From Octopus bimaculoides (taxonomy: Eukaryota): DNA of 64,000 nt. Position 1 is the stretch's first letter, and each line of letters opens with the position of its first letter. Positions 1 through 11,118 of the stretch are shown here, one piece after another. The stretch is from positions 8,168,214 to 8,232,213 of the forward strand of contig NC_068992.1 of assembly GCF_001194135.2 (NCBI RefSeq), written 5' to 3'. The position numbers were made by a program, and so were the translations under genes. A model generated the notes under the pieces. The model was not told the origin of the DNA. It was given only the letters and a program-made list of their open reading frames with translations, and made no database searches.

Positions 1-133
1 GTTTGGCAAAGGTGACCAGTAGAATAAGTGCCAAACTTGCAAAAATAAGCACTGAGGATGATTTGTTCAACTAAACCCTCCAAGGTGTTGCCCCAGCATG
101 ACTGCAGTCCAATGAATGAAACAAGTAAATGAT
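1..133 (+). mobile_element. SINE family A, 3' module only (runs off window start)
   Basis: Matches the 3' module of the full family A copy at 28047-28445 (agaataagt...ctg(g)gg.tcgatttg..c.actaa...ggtg.t.cc.agcatg.c.gcagtc.aatga.tgaaacaagtaaa). Confidence 0.8.
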
Positions 134-1220
134 ATCTACAGCTATTTTGTCCAGTGTTTTTTTCTTCTTAAACCTTTTTGGACACCCAGACCGATTCATA
201 GGATTTGAAAGAGATCGAATGGGGTGGAAATCCGTTGGTGCCAAATCAGGAGAGTACGATGGGTGCGGCAGCACTTCCCAGCCATGCGTTTGAATGGCTT
301 CCTTGGTCATATTGGCGATATGAGGGCGGGCGTTGTCGTGCAGCAGAAGAACTCCATGCTGCCGAGATTAAGTCTTTTCTCTTGAATAGCCGTGTTGAGC
401 CGTTCCATCTGATGAACATAGAGTTCCGCGTTGACCGTTTGGTTCCGTTCAAGCAATTCGTAATGGGTAATTCCTTCCCAGTCCCACCATACGCACAACA
501 TCGTTTTACGTGGATGGAGATCTTGTTTCACGCGCGATGTCGCTTGTTTACCGGGGCTAAGCCATTCCTTACGCTGCTTCATATTGATGTACAGACACCA
601 TTTTTCGTCACCAGTAACGATTCGGTAAAGAAATCATTGTTTGTGTCCATGAGTTGAGCGGTGTCGAGCAAGCAAACCAGCGGAGATTGTGGCTCGTTGA
701 TTTTTGTTGTTGTCACTTAAAGCATATGGAACCCATGCTCCGAACCATTTCCCATTGAGTGAAGAAGCTTCTCTATAACAGTGTGGGAGCATTCCATTTT
801 CTCTGCCAATTCCCTTGTTTGACAAGAACTTTCGTGCAAAAGTTGGTTTAATCGTTCTTCATCGAACTCAACTGGACGGCCAAAACGAAGTGCGTCTTTG
901 TGGTCAACATTTCCACTTTTGAACTTGGCATACCAATCACGAACGGTTCTTTCAGCTATGGCACCCTCTCCATACACATCACAAATGTCGCGAGCAGCTT
1001 TTGCGGCCTTAGAGCCTTGATTAAAAGCAAAAAGGAGATGTCGAAAACGCTCGTTTTTCTTAACTTGACATTCCATTTTAATGATCTGAAAATAAAGAAA
1101 AATTAACTAAAATTAACTAAAAAAAAAAAAATTCCAAAATGATTCAAAAATAGAATTCTCGAAAAAAATAGATTCCAAAATTTTAAAAAAAACGGCGGGA
1201 ACTTAGTTGCCAATCAGATA
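134..1220 (-). mobile_element. Degenerate mariner (Tc1/mariner, D,D34D) DNA transposon with frameshifted transposase
   Basis: ORF pieces 717-1076 (HTH, GRP motif), 634-825 (WVP), 307-582 and 71-310 reassemble into a mariner transposase. Motifs RIVTGDEKW, LLHDNARPH and HPSYSPDLAPTDF are present, with 34 residues between the 2nd and 3rd Asp. The left TIR-like end is at about 1186-1220 (minus strand tatctgattggcaactaagttcccgccg). The C-terminus and right TIR are cut off at the SINE at 1-133. Confidence 0.95.
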
Positions 1221-1224
1221 TATA

Positions 1225-1481
1225 CCAGACAAGGCATAAATAATAGTCGTTACATATTTCCTTATTGTAGTAAATTTGACGTACAGCTATTTCCGGTAGT
1301 CATTATAGATTGGTTCACTTAGTAAGCCAATCGATCGGTTGAGGAAAATTGAACGACCGATCAATCGTCCGATTGAGTAAATCAATTAATAAAGTACCTA
1401 TAATGACTAACGGAAACAGTTGTAAGTCAAATTTACTACAATAAAGAAATTTGCAATGACCATTATTTATGCCTTGTCTTG
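1225..1481. mobile_element. MITE with about 80-bp terminal inverted repeats
   Basis: agacaaggcataaataatagtcgttacatatttccttattgtagtaaatttgac...gtcattatag (from 1227) is the imperfect reverse complement of ctataatgac...gtcaaatttactacaataaagaaatttgcaatgaccattatttatgccttgtct (to 1479). Non-coding; begins just after TATA at the mariner end. Confidence 0.85.
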
Positions 1482-2058
1482 CCTATCACCCTGTAAAAGA
1501 CCGGTATAATTGGGAATGCAACCATGGATTTACAATATAGAATAATGATGAACTATAACCGCGAACCCTGCCACAAGAATACGCGAAGTTCTTTACTAAT
1601 CTAAACAATATTGTTAGCCTGGTGTATTAACGGAGCTTATAAAGTATTTTGCCCAGATTGATAATCCCTCACTAATTGCTGTTATATATATATCTATATA
1701 TATATATGAACACTCACGCGCACGCATACATGCATGCATGATGGCTGCAACTCGATTTCGAGCCATGCCATTGCTTGGTGGTTCTTTTAAAATATGAGCA
1801 GCAATGGGCCTTTTCAGTTCTGCTAGGTATGCATCACGTAAAAGACATAAGTCAAGCGATACCCTTCTGAAGCTTTTAAAAGTGATAAAAGGCCTTGCAC
1901 AGGGCCAATTTCACTCTCTAAATAGCGTACACATTTGCCCAGAAAGAACCAGCCTACATCATATGAGTGAAAAAGGCTTTAAGAGACGTTCCCTCTATAG
2001 AAGAGTAAGTAGATCAGTAATTCAAACGCCAAATAAGTCATTTATTAGAGGAAAGTTT

Positions 2059-2770
2059 TATAGAAGTGTCCAATGGAAAAGCATAGTTGTGTTTAAATTA
2101 CGATATGACTTGACAGTTATAAGTAATATTAGGTATGGTGTGTATTAAAAAAAAATGTATGAGAATGAAATTAAACTAGAGAATTTAGTTATATAGGAGG
2201 CTACTAGGATGCAACGAGAACAAGAGTTAGTTGTAGAAATACTCAAAAAGCTACATATAATGGAGTTGTGTTAGTGTAAGAATTTATATTCGTTTGTGTG
2301 TATTAAATATAAGGGAAAAAATAGGAAAATTATTTGTTAGTATTACATAACTAAGATAGTAAATACTTGCTGTGGCTATAAATATTAAAAAAACGTTCAG
2401 AGGTATAATAGAATTTACTAACTTAATTCCATAATATTTACTATCTTAATTTACTATCTTAATTCTGTAATATTAACTAATAATTTTCCTATTTAAAAAT
2501 TATTTTTTCCTTATATTTAATACACAGAAGCGAATATAAATTCTTACAGTAACACAACTCCATTATATGTAGCTTTTTAAGTATTTCTACAACTAACACT
2601 TGTTCTCGTTACATCCTAGCAGCCTCCTATATAACTACATTCACTTGTTTAATTTCATGCTTATACAAAAGTTTTTTTTTCAATACACACCATACCTAAT
2701 ATTACTTATAACTGTCAAGTCATATCCTAATTCACACGCAACTATACTTTTCCATTAGACACCTCATAGA
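2059..2770. mobile_element. Long foldback / palindromic non-autonomous element
   Basis: Arms of about 2059-2366 and 2434-2770 are reverse complements at roughly 90% identity by eye, around a spacer of about 67 bp. No ORF. Confidence 0.85.
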
Positions 2771-2959
2771 AATAATGCCAGCTCATAAAAATAATGCTTT
2801 CAGTGTGCTCAATTTCATTGCAACGGAAATTTAAATAAAAATATAAGAATGTTTTAGAGGTTGCCTATTCCGTGGAATATTAACGGGCGCATCTAATGTT
2901 AAATTAGAATATCTAGTATTGAACGGCAGTGAACACGTATTGAAGCAAAGTGGAATATG

Positions 2960-3030
2960 TGAACATACAAAGTGTGTATGAACACCACACTAGATTCGAA
3001 CCCGCGTCTCCCAGTGATCTAATCATGTGA
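2960..3030 (-). mobile_element. Degenerate tRNA-derived SINE head fragment
   Basis: Minus strand reads ctgggagacgcgggttcgaatctagtgtggtgttc, containing a Pol III B-box (ggttcgaatc). No intact cloverleaf. Confidence 0.4.
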
Positions 3031-3344
3031 GAACCAATATTCGAAGGCGAAGTATTGAACAAACTGTTCATGTTTTTAAGCAACAAAACAATGCATAATA
3101 GTAAATCTATGTCTCCTCTCCAAATCCCAACCAGATCACTTCACGGAGGAGCTTATATAACCACCGAGGCTAACGATCAAAGTGAAAAAATGGACACGAA
3201 AGCGAATGTAGTCCTAGCTTACACAAAAGGGTAGAGATGGTCGTGGCAGGAATGCTTTCGATCAAAGCAGGCCAGCTAAGCTACAACTACAATAACAGCA
3301 ACCATATGGACATAAAACAGAGGAAGCATGACAGCTTCAAAGAT

Positions 3345-3870
3345 AAGATTCCTGCACAGTCACGATTCTTAACTTCCTCTGACTTCGGTAAAATTTTCGA
3401 TTCCATTCTCCGCTATGTACTTATTTCTTAAAGGGGCAATGAATATTTTGTGAATAACACAAAACGCTATTTAGGAAATTAGAGGTCGCCAAGGCTATGT
3501 AATGTACAAAAACAACACTTCCCGAACTTGCAATTTCCGGAATGTAGTACTACGACGATCAATCATTTCACTCAACTCTTAAACCTATATCTACATGGCT
3601 TTCGCCGCATCTTCTGAAAATTTACAGACAGCTGCATATTCGGATGACCAGATAATCACATCCTTTTATTATTTTCTAGTCAAAGTTGCACAACTGCACA
3701 AACCCTCACTGAATCGCCTTGAAACCATGCTTCAAAGATGTTAAGGTAGTCCTTACTATTGATGTACTGTCTAACTTTTATAAATGACACAAGAGAACAT
3801 TAGATACAACCATCACGCTCAACAGCAGACACAACAACACTGACAGAAGATAAAAAATCCAGCTTCCAGA
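3345..3870 (+). pseudogene. Non-LTR retrotransposon reverse transcriptase relic (I/Jockey-like)
   Basis: Collinear RT motifs across frameshifts: DFGKIFDSI (DxSKAFDxV), IRGRQGYVMY...NVVLRRSIIS (GVxQGSxLSP), LLNLYLH, AAYSDD (YADD, 3637-3648), TITLN. Confidence 0.75.
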
Positions 3871-4407
3871 AATCTGGAAATTCTCAGAAATCCGGGAATA
3901 TTGTGCTCTGTAAGCAGACCCTACTTTTGAAGTTTGTATATAGTGTGTAAAACACATAGTTTTGTTTACTTTTTAAAGTGGATTGATAAAGATTCTGCGT
4001 ACTCTGCTTTATGAGTGTACTTGTATCAAATAAAATAATGTTCTTGACTTTTCTTAATTGAATTTTCATCCTGTAAATATTATACAGTATAATATGGTAT
4101 AGTGTGAACAAATTTGAGAATATTAAGTGGATTAATGAACAGATACTACTTTTGAGGCGTATTAATCTGAATCTGTTAAATACAATTTAGCACTTTATGT
4201 TTCATAATTTATTTTATATTTTGAGTATATATTTAGGCTGTCTCCAGAAAAATGGAAAATCAAGAAATTGAGGCCATTTCTGGCTCCAGGCTTGTCAGAT
4301 ATTTGGTCCGGTACTCTACTAAATAGATGTTGCATATAGTAACTCCTCAACATTTACAGCATATATCAAAGAAACAGTCATGAAGACAAATTGATGTACA
4401 AAAAATT

Positions 4408-4591
4408 GGTTTCAAAATCTGGGCACAAGGCCAACAATATCGGAGGACGGGGTAAGTCGATTACATCGACCCCAGCACTCATCTGGCACTTATTTTATCG
4501 ACCCCGAAAGGATGAAAGATAAAGTCGACCTCGGCGGAATTTGAACTCAGAACGTAAGGACGGACAAATGCTGCAAAGCATTTTGCCCGGA
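4408..4591 (-). mobile_element. SINE family B
   Basis: Reverse complement of the family B core: gttctgagttcaaattccgccgaggtcgacttt.cctttcatcctttcggggtcgataaaataagt.ccag...ctggggtcgatgtaatcgac. Confidence 0.85.
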
Positions 4592-4902
4592 GGAGAAATT
4601 TTTTTGCACGAGAGTTCCGGACCCCAGTAACGTATTCATTTGCATACAGCTAATCAGAGCTAACCTTCACCTTGTCAAGTTAACAAATGTTGGCATTCAA
4701 AATGGCGGTCTCCGATTACCATACAAATCTTGTATTGTGTTCTCATTCAGATACCAATATCATCGATACTGAACACATACGCTTGTTGGCAGTAAGTTTG
4801 AATTACTATAGCAATCAAAGATAATGTTTTGGACAAATATGAAAGCACGGAAACTGCTTGAAGGTTTTATAAACACACTGTTGTCAATATCCTGAAAATA
4901 GT

Positions 4903-5040
4903 ACCCCGCCGAGGTCGACTTTGCCTTTTATCCATTCGGATCGATAAATTTAAGTACCAGTTGCGTACTGGGGTCGATCTAATCGACTGGTTCCTCCCCA
5001 CAAAATTCGGACCTTGTGCCTTGAGTAGAAAAGAATATTT
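4903..5040 (+). mobile_element. SINE family B, 5'-truncated
   Basis: gccgaggtcgactttgccttt...gataaatttaagtaccagttgcgtactggggtcgatctaatcgac...aaaattcggaccttgtgcc. Confidence 0.85.
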
Positions 5041-5174
5041 GTAAACAGCATGTTATGTCTCCGGTAATTTTATTTCATGTAAATAAATCTTATTTAGCTG
5101 TGATGTTTAGCACACATTACAACCACCAGCTAAATATCTATGTGTAAATGTATGTAAGTGTGTATGTATATCTG

Positions 5175-5388
5175 TGTGTTTTTGTGTTCGTCTTTGTCCC
5201 TTTCCACCGTTTGACAACCGGTGTTGGCTTGTTTACGTCTCCGTAACTTCGCGATTCAGCAAAAGAGAACGATCGAATAAATACCGAACTTTAAATAAAT
5301 TAGTATTGGGATCGATTCGTTCGACTAAAACCCCTCAAGGTGGTGCCCCTGCATGACCGCAGCTGAATGACTGAATCAAGTAAAGGAT
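5175..5388 (+). mobile_element. SINE family A, 3' module after a (TG/TA) tract
   Basis: tttgtcccttt...ttgacaaccggtgttgg...cgtaactt...gatcgattcgttcgactaaaacccctcaaggtggtgcccctgcatg. Confidence 0.8.
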
Positions 5389-7310
5389 AATTTTTACTGC
5401 TCCTGAATCCAAGCAATTGTATAATCATCCTGTTATGAATTTTTCTTGTACACTGTTTATTTTTCGTTATGTAATTGGAATTAATTGGAAAATGAAAATT
5501 AAATTTTAATGAGTTAATAAAACAAACACTAAAAGAGAATTTAACGTGTAATATTGTTTTGTTTTGTTTTTTCTCGTTAATTTGATGTCTCGAATATACA
5601 AGTAGAAACAGGTTGGCGCTATAATCGATTAATCCGACTTGTAATCTTTAATTTCTTCATAACAAACCACAATAAAGTACTAAGTACACAGAACAGAATA
5701 ATAGTAGGGTATATACAGGTCTCATCCACATTACCACTAACAAAAGAATAAAAAGCCACTATACGTATTTTATCGATCCAAGACCGATTAAAATGTACTG
5801 AATTCGAAGAACGATGATACAACGTACTGAAAGAACACATTCCAGATGTATTTTGCCTCAACCCTAATGCTGAAAAAGCCTTCTTAAAGTACTTTCCCTT
5901 AGCCCTAGTGATGAAAGAAGCTCCTTACAGTGCTTAACTATTGGCCCTAGTGCTGAAGAAACAGTTTTCTAATGTACACCCACCCCGCCAGTCTTAGTGC
6001 CGAAAGAACACATATTCGCAGCTCGACTGCTAAAACATAATTTGGTACGCTACCATTTCTGTCTGTCTTTTCTTTTAGTCACAGCTGGAATATTTTTGAT
6101 TATAGATCTGTTTTATCCAGGCTAATCTTGTGGTTAATCTATAACAACATGAGCCCACCGAGAAAACATCTAAGTAGTCACTCACTGTGCTTAGAAAAGC
6201 AGTCAAATCTCCCTCGGATTTCATCTTTCCGTCTTAAAAAAATGTACTTGTTGGATAATGCAGAGCTAGATTTCTTAACATCGGAAAACGATGAAATGGT
6301 CACAACTGAAATGTCTTAGGCCCAGGAACAAGGGTTGCAGGGATTGCAAGCGCTCTCTAAAATTTTAGTAGAATAACAAACGCTTTGAATATCCTGGAGG
6401 GGGTGGGGGTGGACCTGGGTTTGCACCCTCGAAGCAAATTTCGTTCCCGACTCAAACCAAACGCGAGAGCCTCGACATGGTGACTCGATCTGCAAGAAAT
6501 TAATGTGTCAACCAAATCTCTTCATGTTTTATTTGAATTTGACGTCTTCAGAGGGATACACTAAGCAAATAATAAATCACTAGATACGCTACTTTCTGAA
6601 CACAAAGCAGGCTAGTCAAGATTGCAATGCTTTCAATCGTAAATCTGGTCGACCTGAAGTTTAAAAGCATCAACAAATTCTCATGTTGAATTTGTCAATA
6701 GGCATAAAGTGTAGATTCGTAAGGTAACAGAAAATTAAATGGTGTGATGTATATGCTTTTTCAATAAATAATAGTTGTAAAAGGGAAACGAAACAGCTTC
6801 TATCAAGGATTAAAAACCCTGTCGTGTCCTGAGCATGCTGGGGGATTAGTTACTGTTCTTTGCTTTATGGCCTGCTTTTGAGATACTTAAAAAAATCATG
6901 TTATATTATATTATATCATATTATATTATATTATATTATATTATATTTCAATTACGGGGTGAATTTCTTAAGGGTTCGAATATTCCCTAAGCATATTTGA
7001 TCAAGTAATACCCTTCTTTTTATACATAATCCAATGTTTTCTTCCTATTTGTTGCAAGTTGGTAAGATTTGTTATCTGATATAAATTTGGTTGTTATTTC
7101 TAGCATGTCGGAAAACTCTATTTTGACTTTAAAGATGGCTCGAAACCCAGATCTTGTTATTGCTCGTCTCTACGTCAGTACTGATCCGGTAGAAATTGGA
7201 TCAAAGACGTTCCAAATATCATCATCTAATATTTCAGCCATTTTCTAGAATCACATTAGCCAACGTGTCCTTCCTACTTAATTAAGTAATATCATTTGAG
7301 GAAGATCCGA

Positions 7311-7527
7311 AGGTGGCGAGCTGGCAGAATTGCTACCGCACCGGACAAAAAGCTTAGTAGTGTTTTTTTCCGGCTTTATGTTCAGAGGTAAAATTCCACC
7401 GAGGTAAACTTTGCCTTTCATCCTTTCGAGATCGATAAAATAAATACCAGTCGAACTCTGGGATCGATGTAATCGACGGTTCCCTCCCCACCAAATTTCG
7501 GGCCTCCTGCCTATTGTAGTAAGAATT
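7311..7527 (+). mobile_element. SINE family B, full length, with 13-bp target-site duplication
   Basis: Head ggtggcgagctggcagaat plus core. Flanked by atttgaggaagat at 7294-7306 and 7528-7540. Inserted in an older unclassified repeat (family D). Confidence 0.9.
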
Positions 7528-7799
7528 ATTTGAGGAAGATTCGGCTGTTATTCCTAACAGATTGAGAGGCTATGTTATGGTTTCATCCCATCCGTTAGTT
7601 CAAAGGGCGTGCGGTTGATAAATGTTAACGTCTGTCAAAGACACGAACCATATTGCCATTACTTTATCTGGGTTTTTGCTTCAGAAATTTACGGCAGTCT
7701 TCAGAATGGTAACATAAAATCTTGTTAACAATTTATACTGCTAAGTAGCTCTTTTTCACCTGTCTGCCCCATCGACCTACTATCTTTCTTCCTTCGTTT

Positions 7800-7846
7800 C
7801 CTCATTCTCTCCTTCAATCGTTCATTCGTTCGTTCGTTCGTTCGTT

Positions 7847-7909
<63 letters not shown>

Positions 7910-8700
7910 CTCTCTCCCTCTCCCTCTCTTTCTTTCTGTTCACCCTCTCCCACCATACTCATTTCCTAGTTTCCACAAGTCATTATTATCTTGAACTCTC
8001 TTCATTTTTTTCTTCACCAAATCTATGCAACACCACCACCACCACCACCACCACCACCATCACCACCACTACCGCCGCTGCAACAATAACAACAAGCACA
8101 CAACTATCTCTGCACTACCACGACAACCACCACCCCTACCACTACAACCACTCTCTTAACAACAGCGACTATGCATCATCACACCTATACAACACCATTG
8201 TACCACTAGCACCACCACCTCCCCGCTAATATCACTACACCACCACCACCACCACCACCACCACTATCACAGCTGTACACTATTATCTCTAACTTTAAAT
8301 CAATGCTATCCGTTGAAAGTGAACATACACCACGGAAGATATTACTTTCGTGTCTGTTATCGGATTCAGTCATCATATACATGCAAACATGCTCACACAT
8401 ATACAAACACACATAAGCACACACACACACACACACATGTATATTACGTATGTATATATATGCACACACACACATTCACGCATAAATATCTGCCTATACT
8501 ATACACAATATATATATATATATATACTGTATTCATAGACAAAAACAATCAAAACATGCATATAAAAGAAGTTATATATATATGGATGAATATACATACA
8601 TATACACACGTGCACGCGCGCCCACACATATTCACATACGTACACATACATACATACATACATACATACACAACAAAGACATTAACTTAAGCCTTTAAAT
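7800..8700. repeat. Compound microsatellite block: (TTCG)n/(TTTC)n, (CAC)n, (CA)n, (TA)n, (CATA)n
   Basis: Directly visible simple repeats. Confidence 0.95.
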
Positions 8701-8899
8701 TTGAAGATGAAGGTGTACATGAAATATAATGAGTAGATTTCATGGCGACTAATTGTAGTCAGCCGTATCAATAAGTATAGCATAGGTTAAAGTTCTCTGT
8801 TACCTACAGTCGTATGCTATACCAATACCTATGGTAATCATACAAAGATATTGTCTGTTACTGTGTTGTCTGTGGTCTTTACGGCGTCGTCTATTCTTG

Positions 8900-9795
8900 T
8901 TACTCTTTCGTCTGTTCTGTGTCGTCTGCTATCATTACTCTTTCGTCTGTTCTGTGTCGTCTGCTATCATTACTCTTTCGTCTGTTCTGTGTCGTCTGCT
9001 ATCATTACTCTTTCGTCTGTTCTGTGTCGTCTGCTATCATTACTCNNNNNNNNNNNNNNNNNNNNNNNNNNNNNNNNNNNNNNNNNNNNNNNNNNNNNNN
9101 NNNNNNNNNNNNNNNNNNNNNNNNNNNNNNNNNNNNNNNNNNNNNNNNNNNNNNNNNNNNNNNNNNNNNNNNNNNNNNNNNNNNNNNNNNNNNNNNNNNN
9201 NNNNNNNNNNNNNNNNNNNNNNNNNNNNNNNNNNNNNNNNNNNNNNNNNNNNNNNNNNNNNNNNNNNNNNNNNNNNNNNNNNNNNNNNNNNNNNNNNNNN
9301 NNNNNNNNNNNNNNNNNNNNNNNNNNNNNNNNNNNNNNNNNNNNNNNNNNNNNNNNNNNNNNNNNNNNNNNNNNNNNNNNNNNNNNNNNNNNNNNNNNNN
9401 NNNNNNNNNNNNNNNNNNNNNNNNNNNNNNNNNNNNNNNNNNNNNNNNNNNNNNNNNNNNNNNNNNNNNNNNNNNNNNNNNNNNNNNNNNNNNNNNNNNN
9501 NNNNNNNNNNNNNNNNNNNNNNNNNNNNNNNNNNNNNNNNNNNNNNNNNNNNNNNNNNNNNNNNNNNNNNTTACTCTTTCGTCTGTTCTGTGTCGTCTGC
9601 TATCATTACCCTTTCGTCTGTTCTGTGTCGTCTGCTGTCGTTATTCTTTCGTCTGTTCTGTGTCGTCTGCTATCACTACTCTTTCGTCTGTTCTGTGTCG
9701 TCTGCTGTCATTACTCTTTCGTCTGTTCTGTGTCGTCTGCTATCATTACTCTTTCGTCTGTTCTGTGTCGTCTGCTATCATTACTCTTTCGTTTG
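8900..9795. repeat. 35-bp minisatellite (ttactctttcgtctgttctgtgtcgtctgctatca)n spanning a gap
   Basis: Units start at 8900, 8935 and onwards. About 4 units lie before and about 6 after the N gap at 9046-9570. The flanks carry the direct repeat tgttactgtgt (8856-8866 and 9800-9810). Confidence 0.95.
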
Positions 9796-9819
9796 CTGTT
9801 GTTACTGTGTCGGCTGCAC

Positions 9820-10042
9820 AAGTTTAACACAAAATTTCACGTTCGCTCTTTGTCCCACCCCATGACAAAATCGTAGACTACAGCATACACATGATAACGA
9901 AAGCACAAATTTCACAACTTGCGAAGTAAACACAGCGATATCATAAAGGTCACTGCTAGCTCTCACAGCAGACGCAACCGTGTGCTGCCATTTGTTGGCG
10001 TGCTACAGAACTAGTCCGGAAACTTTTTGATACTACCTCATA
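9820..10042 (-). mobile_element. 5' end of a second mariner element (TIR, 5'UTR and first transposase codons)
   Basis: The minus strand starts tatgaggtagtatcaaaaagtttccggact (mariner-type TIR) and encodes GQRANVKFCVKL, a typical mariner N-terminus (EQRxxxKFCxKLG). It then breaks at the minisatellite. Confidence 0.8.
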
Positions 10043-10729
10043 ATGTTTCATTTGTGTTTTGTTATGTAATACACTACTCGTCTTTTATCAACAAAAGCCA
10101 TCGTTGAACATCATATCTCCGTTTCTATTTAATGATAGTTTTAAGTTTATTTACAATTAGAAGTAGTGTTGGTTAATATTATCACAGTAAATAGCCTAAT
10201 GTGTTGGTTGATGTAAGACATTTGATAATGTTTGAAACGTTCTGTTAGATAAACAGATTTATAAGTTATGGAGCAGCGGAAGAAAAAGGGAAAGGAAATA
10301 CAAATATGTTATGGTATAAATGCCTAAGCGCAAGTAACTGATTTGATAAATAATAACATTATATAACATTAATGACTGACTTTGAGGGATTTCTTTCTGT
10401 TTGTTTTAGCTCCTTCTACAACCAAAATGATGACCTGCAGCTGTTGTTGTTGTTGTTGTTGAGGTGGTGGTGAGGATGAGGAATACCGGGGTTGAGATTG
10501 AGAGAGGGCGAAAGACAAAATAAAACTTGTGTGTGATCTATGCGTGCACACACACACACTCACACACTCACACACACTCACACACACTCACACACGACGG
10601 TCGGTTGAAAAGTTCATTGGCTTACCAAGATACTCTCATGAAATATCTATTTCTCAACATACTCCCCCCCCCTTGCGGTCCACACACTTCTTCTATCGGC
10701 TTCTCAGTGCTTGGATCCTATTGATGAAG

Positions 10730-11118
10730 AAGCTTTCATTCTGTTCCCCACCCCAAAATTGATAAGGCTTTAGTCGGCCCGTGGCTATAGTAGAAGACAC
10801 TTACCCAGCGTACCACGCAGTGAGATTGAAACCGGAACCACGTGGTTGGGAAACAAGCTTCTTATTTCTTTATTGCCCACAAGGGGCTAAACATAGAGGG
10901 GACAAACAAGGACAGACAAACGGATTAAGTCGATTACATCGACCCCAGTGCGTAACTGGTACTTAATTTATCGACCCCCGAAAGGATGAAAGGTAAAGTC
11001 GACCTCGGCGGAATTTGAACTCAGAACGTAACGGCAGACGAAATACCGTTGAGAATTTCACCCAGCGTGCTAACGTTTCTGCCAGCTCGCCGCCTTACCA
11101 TACAGCGACTCCTGCGCC
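10730..11118 (-). mobile_element. SINE family A head and body interrupted by a SINE B
   Basis: Minus strand: ggcgcaggagtcgctgtatggtaag [SINE B] aagcttgtttcccaaccacgtggttccggtttcaatctcactgcgtggtacgctgggtaagtgtcttctactatagcc. Confidence 0.9.
10865..11093 (-). mobile_element. SINE family B, well-preserved full-length copy with distinct 3' tail (B1: ttaatccgtttgtctgtccttg...gtgggcaataaagaaat)
   Basis: Close to the family consensus seen in this window. Flanked by ctta (10861-10864 and 11094-11097). Confidence 0.92.

Noticed and set aside
5619-5861. Minus-strand ORF with a hydrophobic TM-like stretch
   Set aside because: AT-rich sequence readily gives hydrophobic peptides; non-ATG start, no splice support or recognisable motif.
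5821-6010. CRISPR array interpretation of the repeat-spacer pattern
   Set aside because: Repeats are too short and degenerate, there are no cas genes, and the context is eukaryotic. Kept only as an unexplained periodic motif.
8831-9876. Long ORFs of 300-344 aa over the minisatellite
   Set aside because: Translations of a 35-bp tandem repeat and N gap; not coding evidence.
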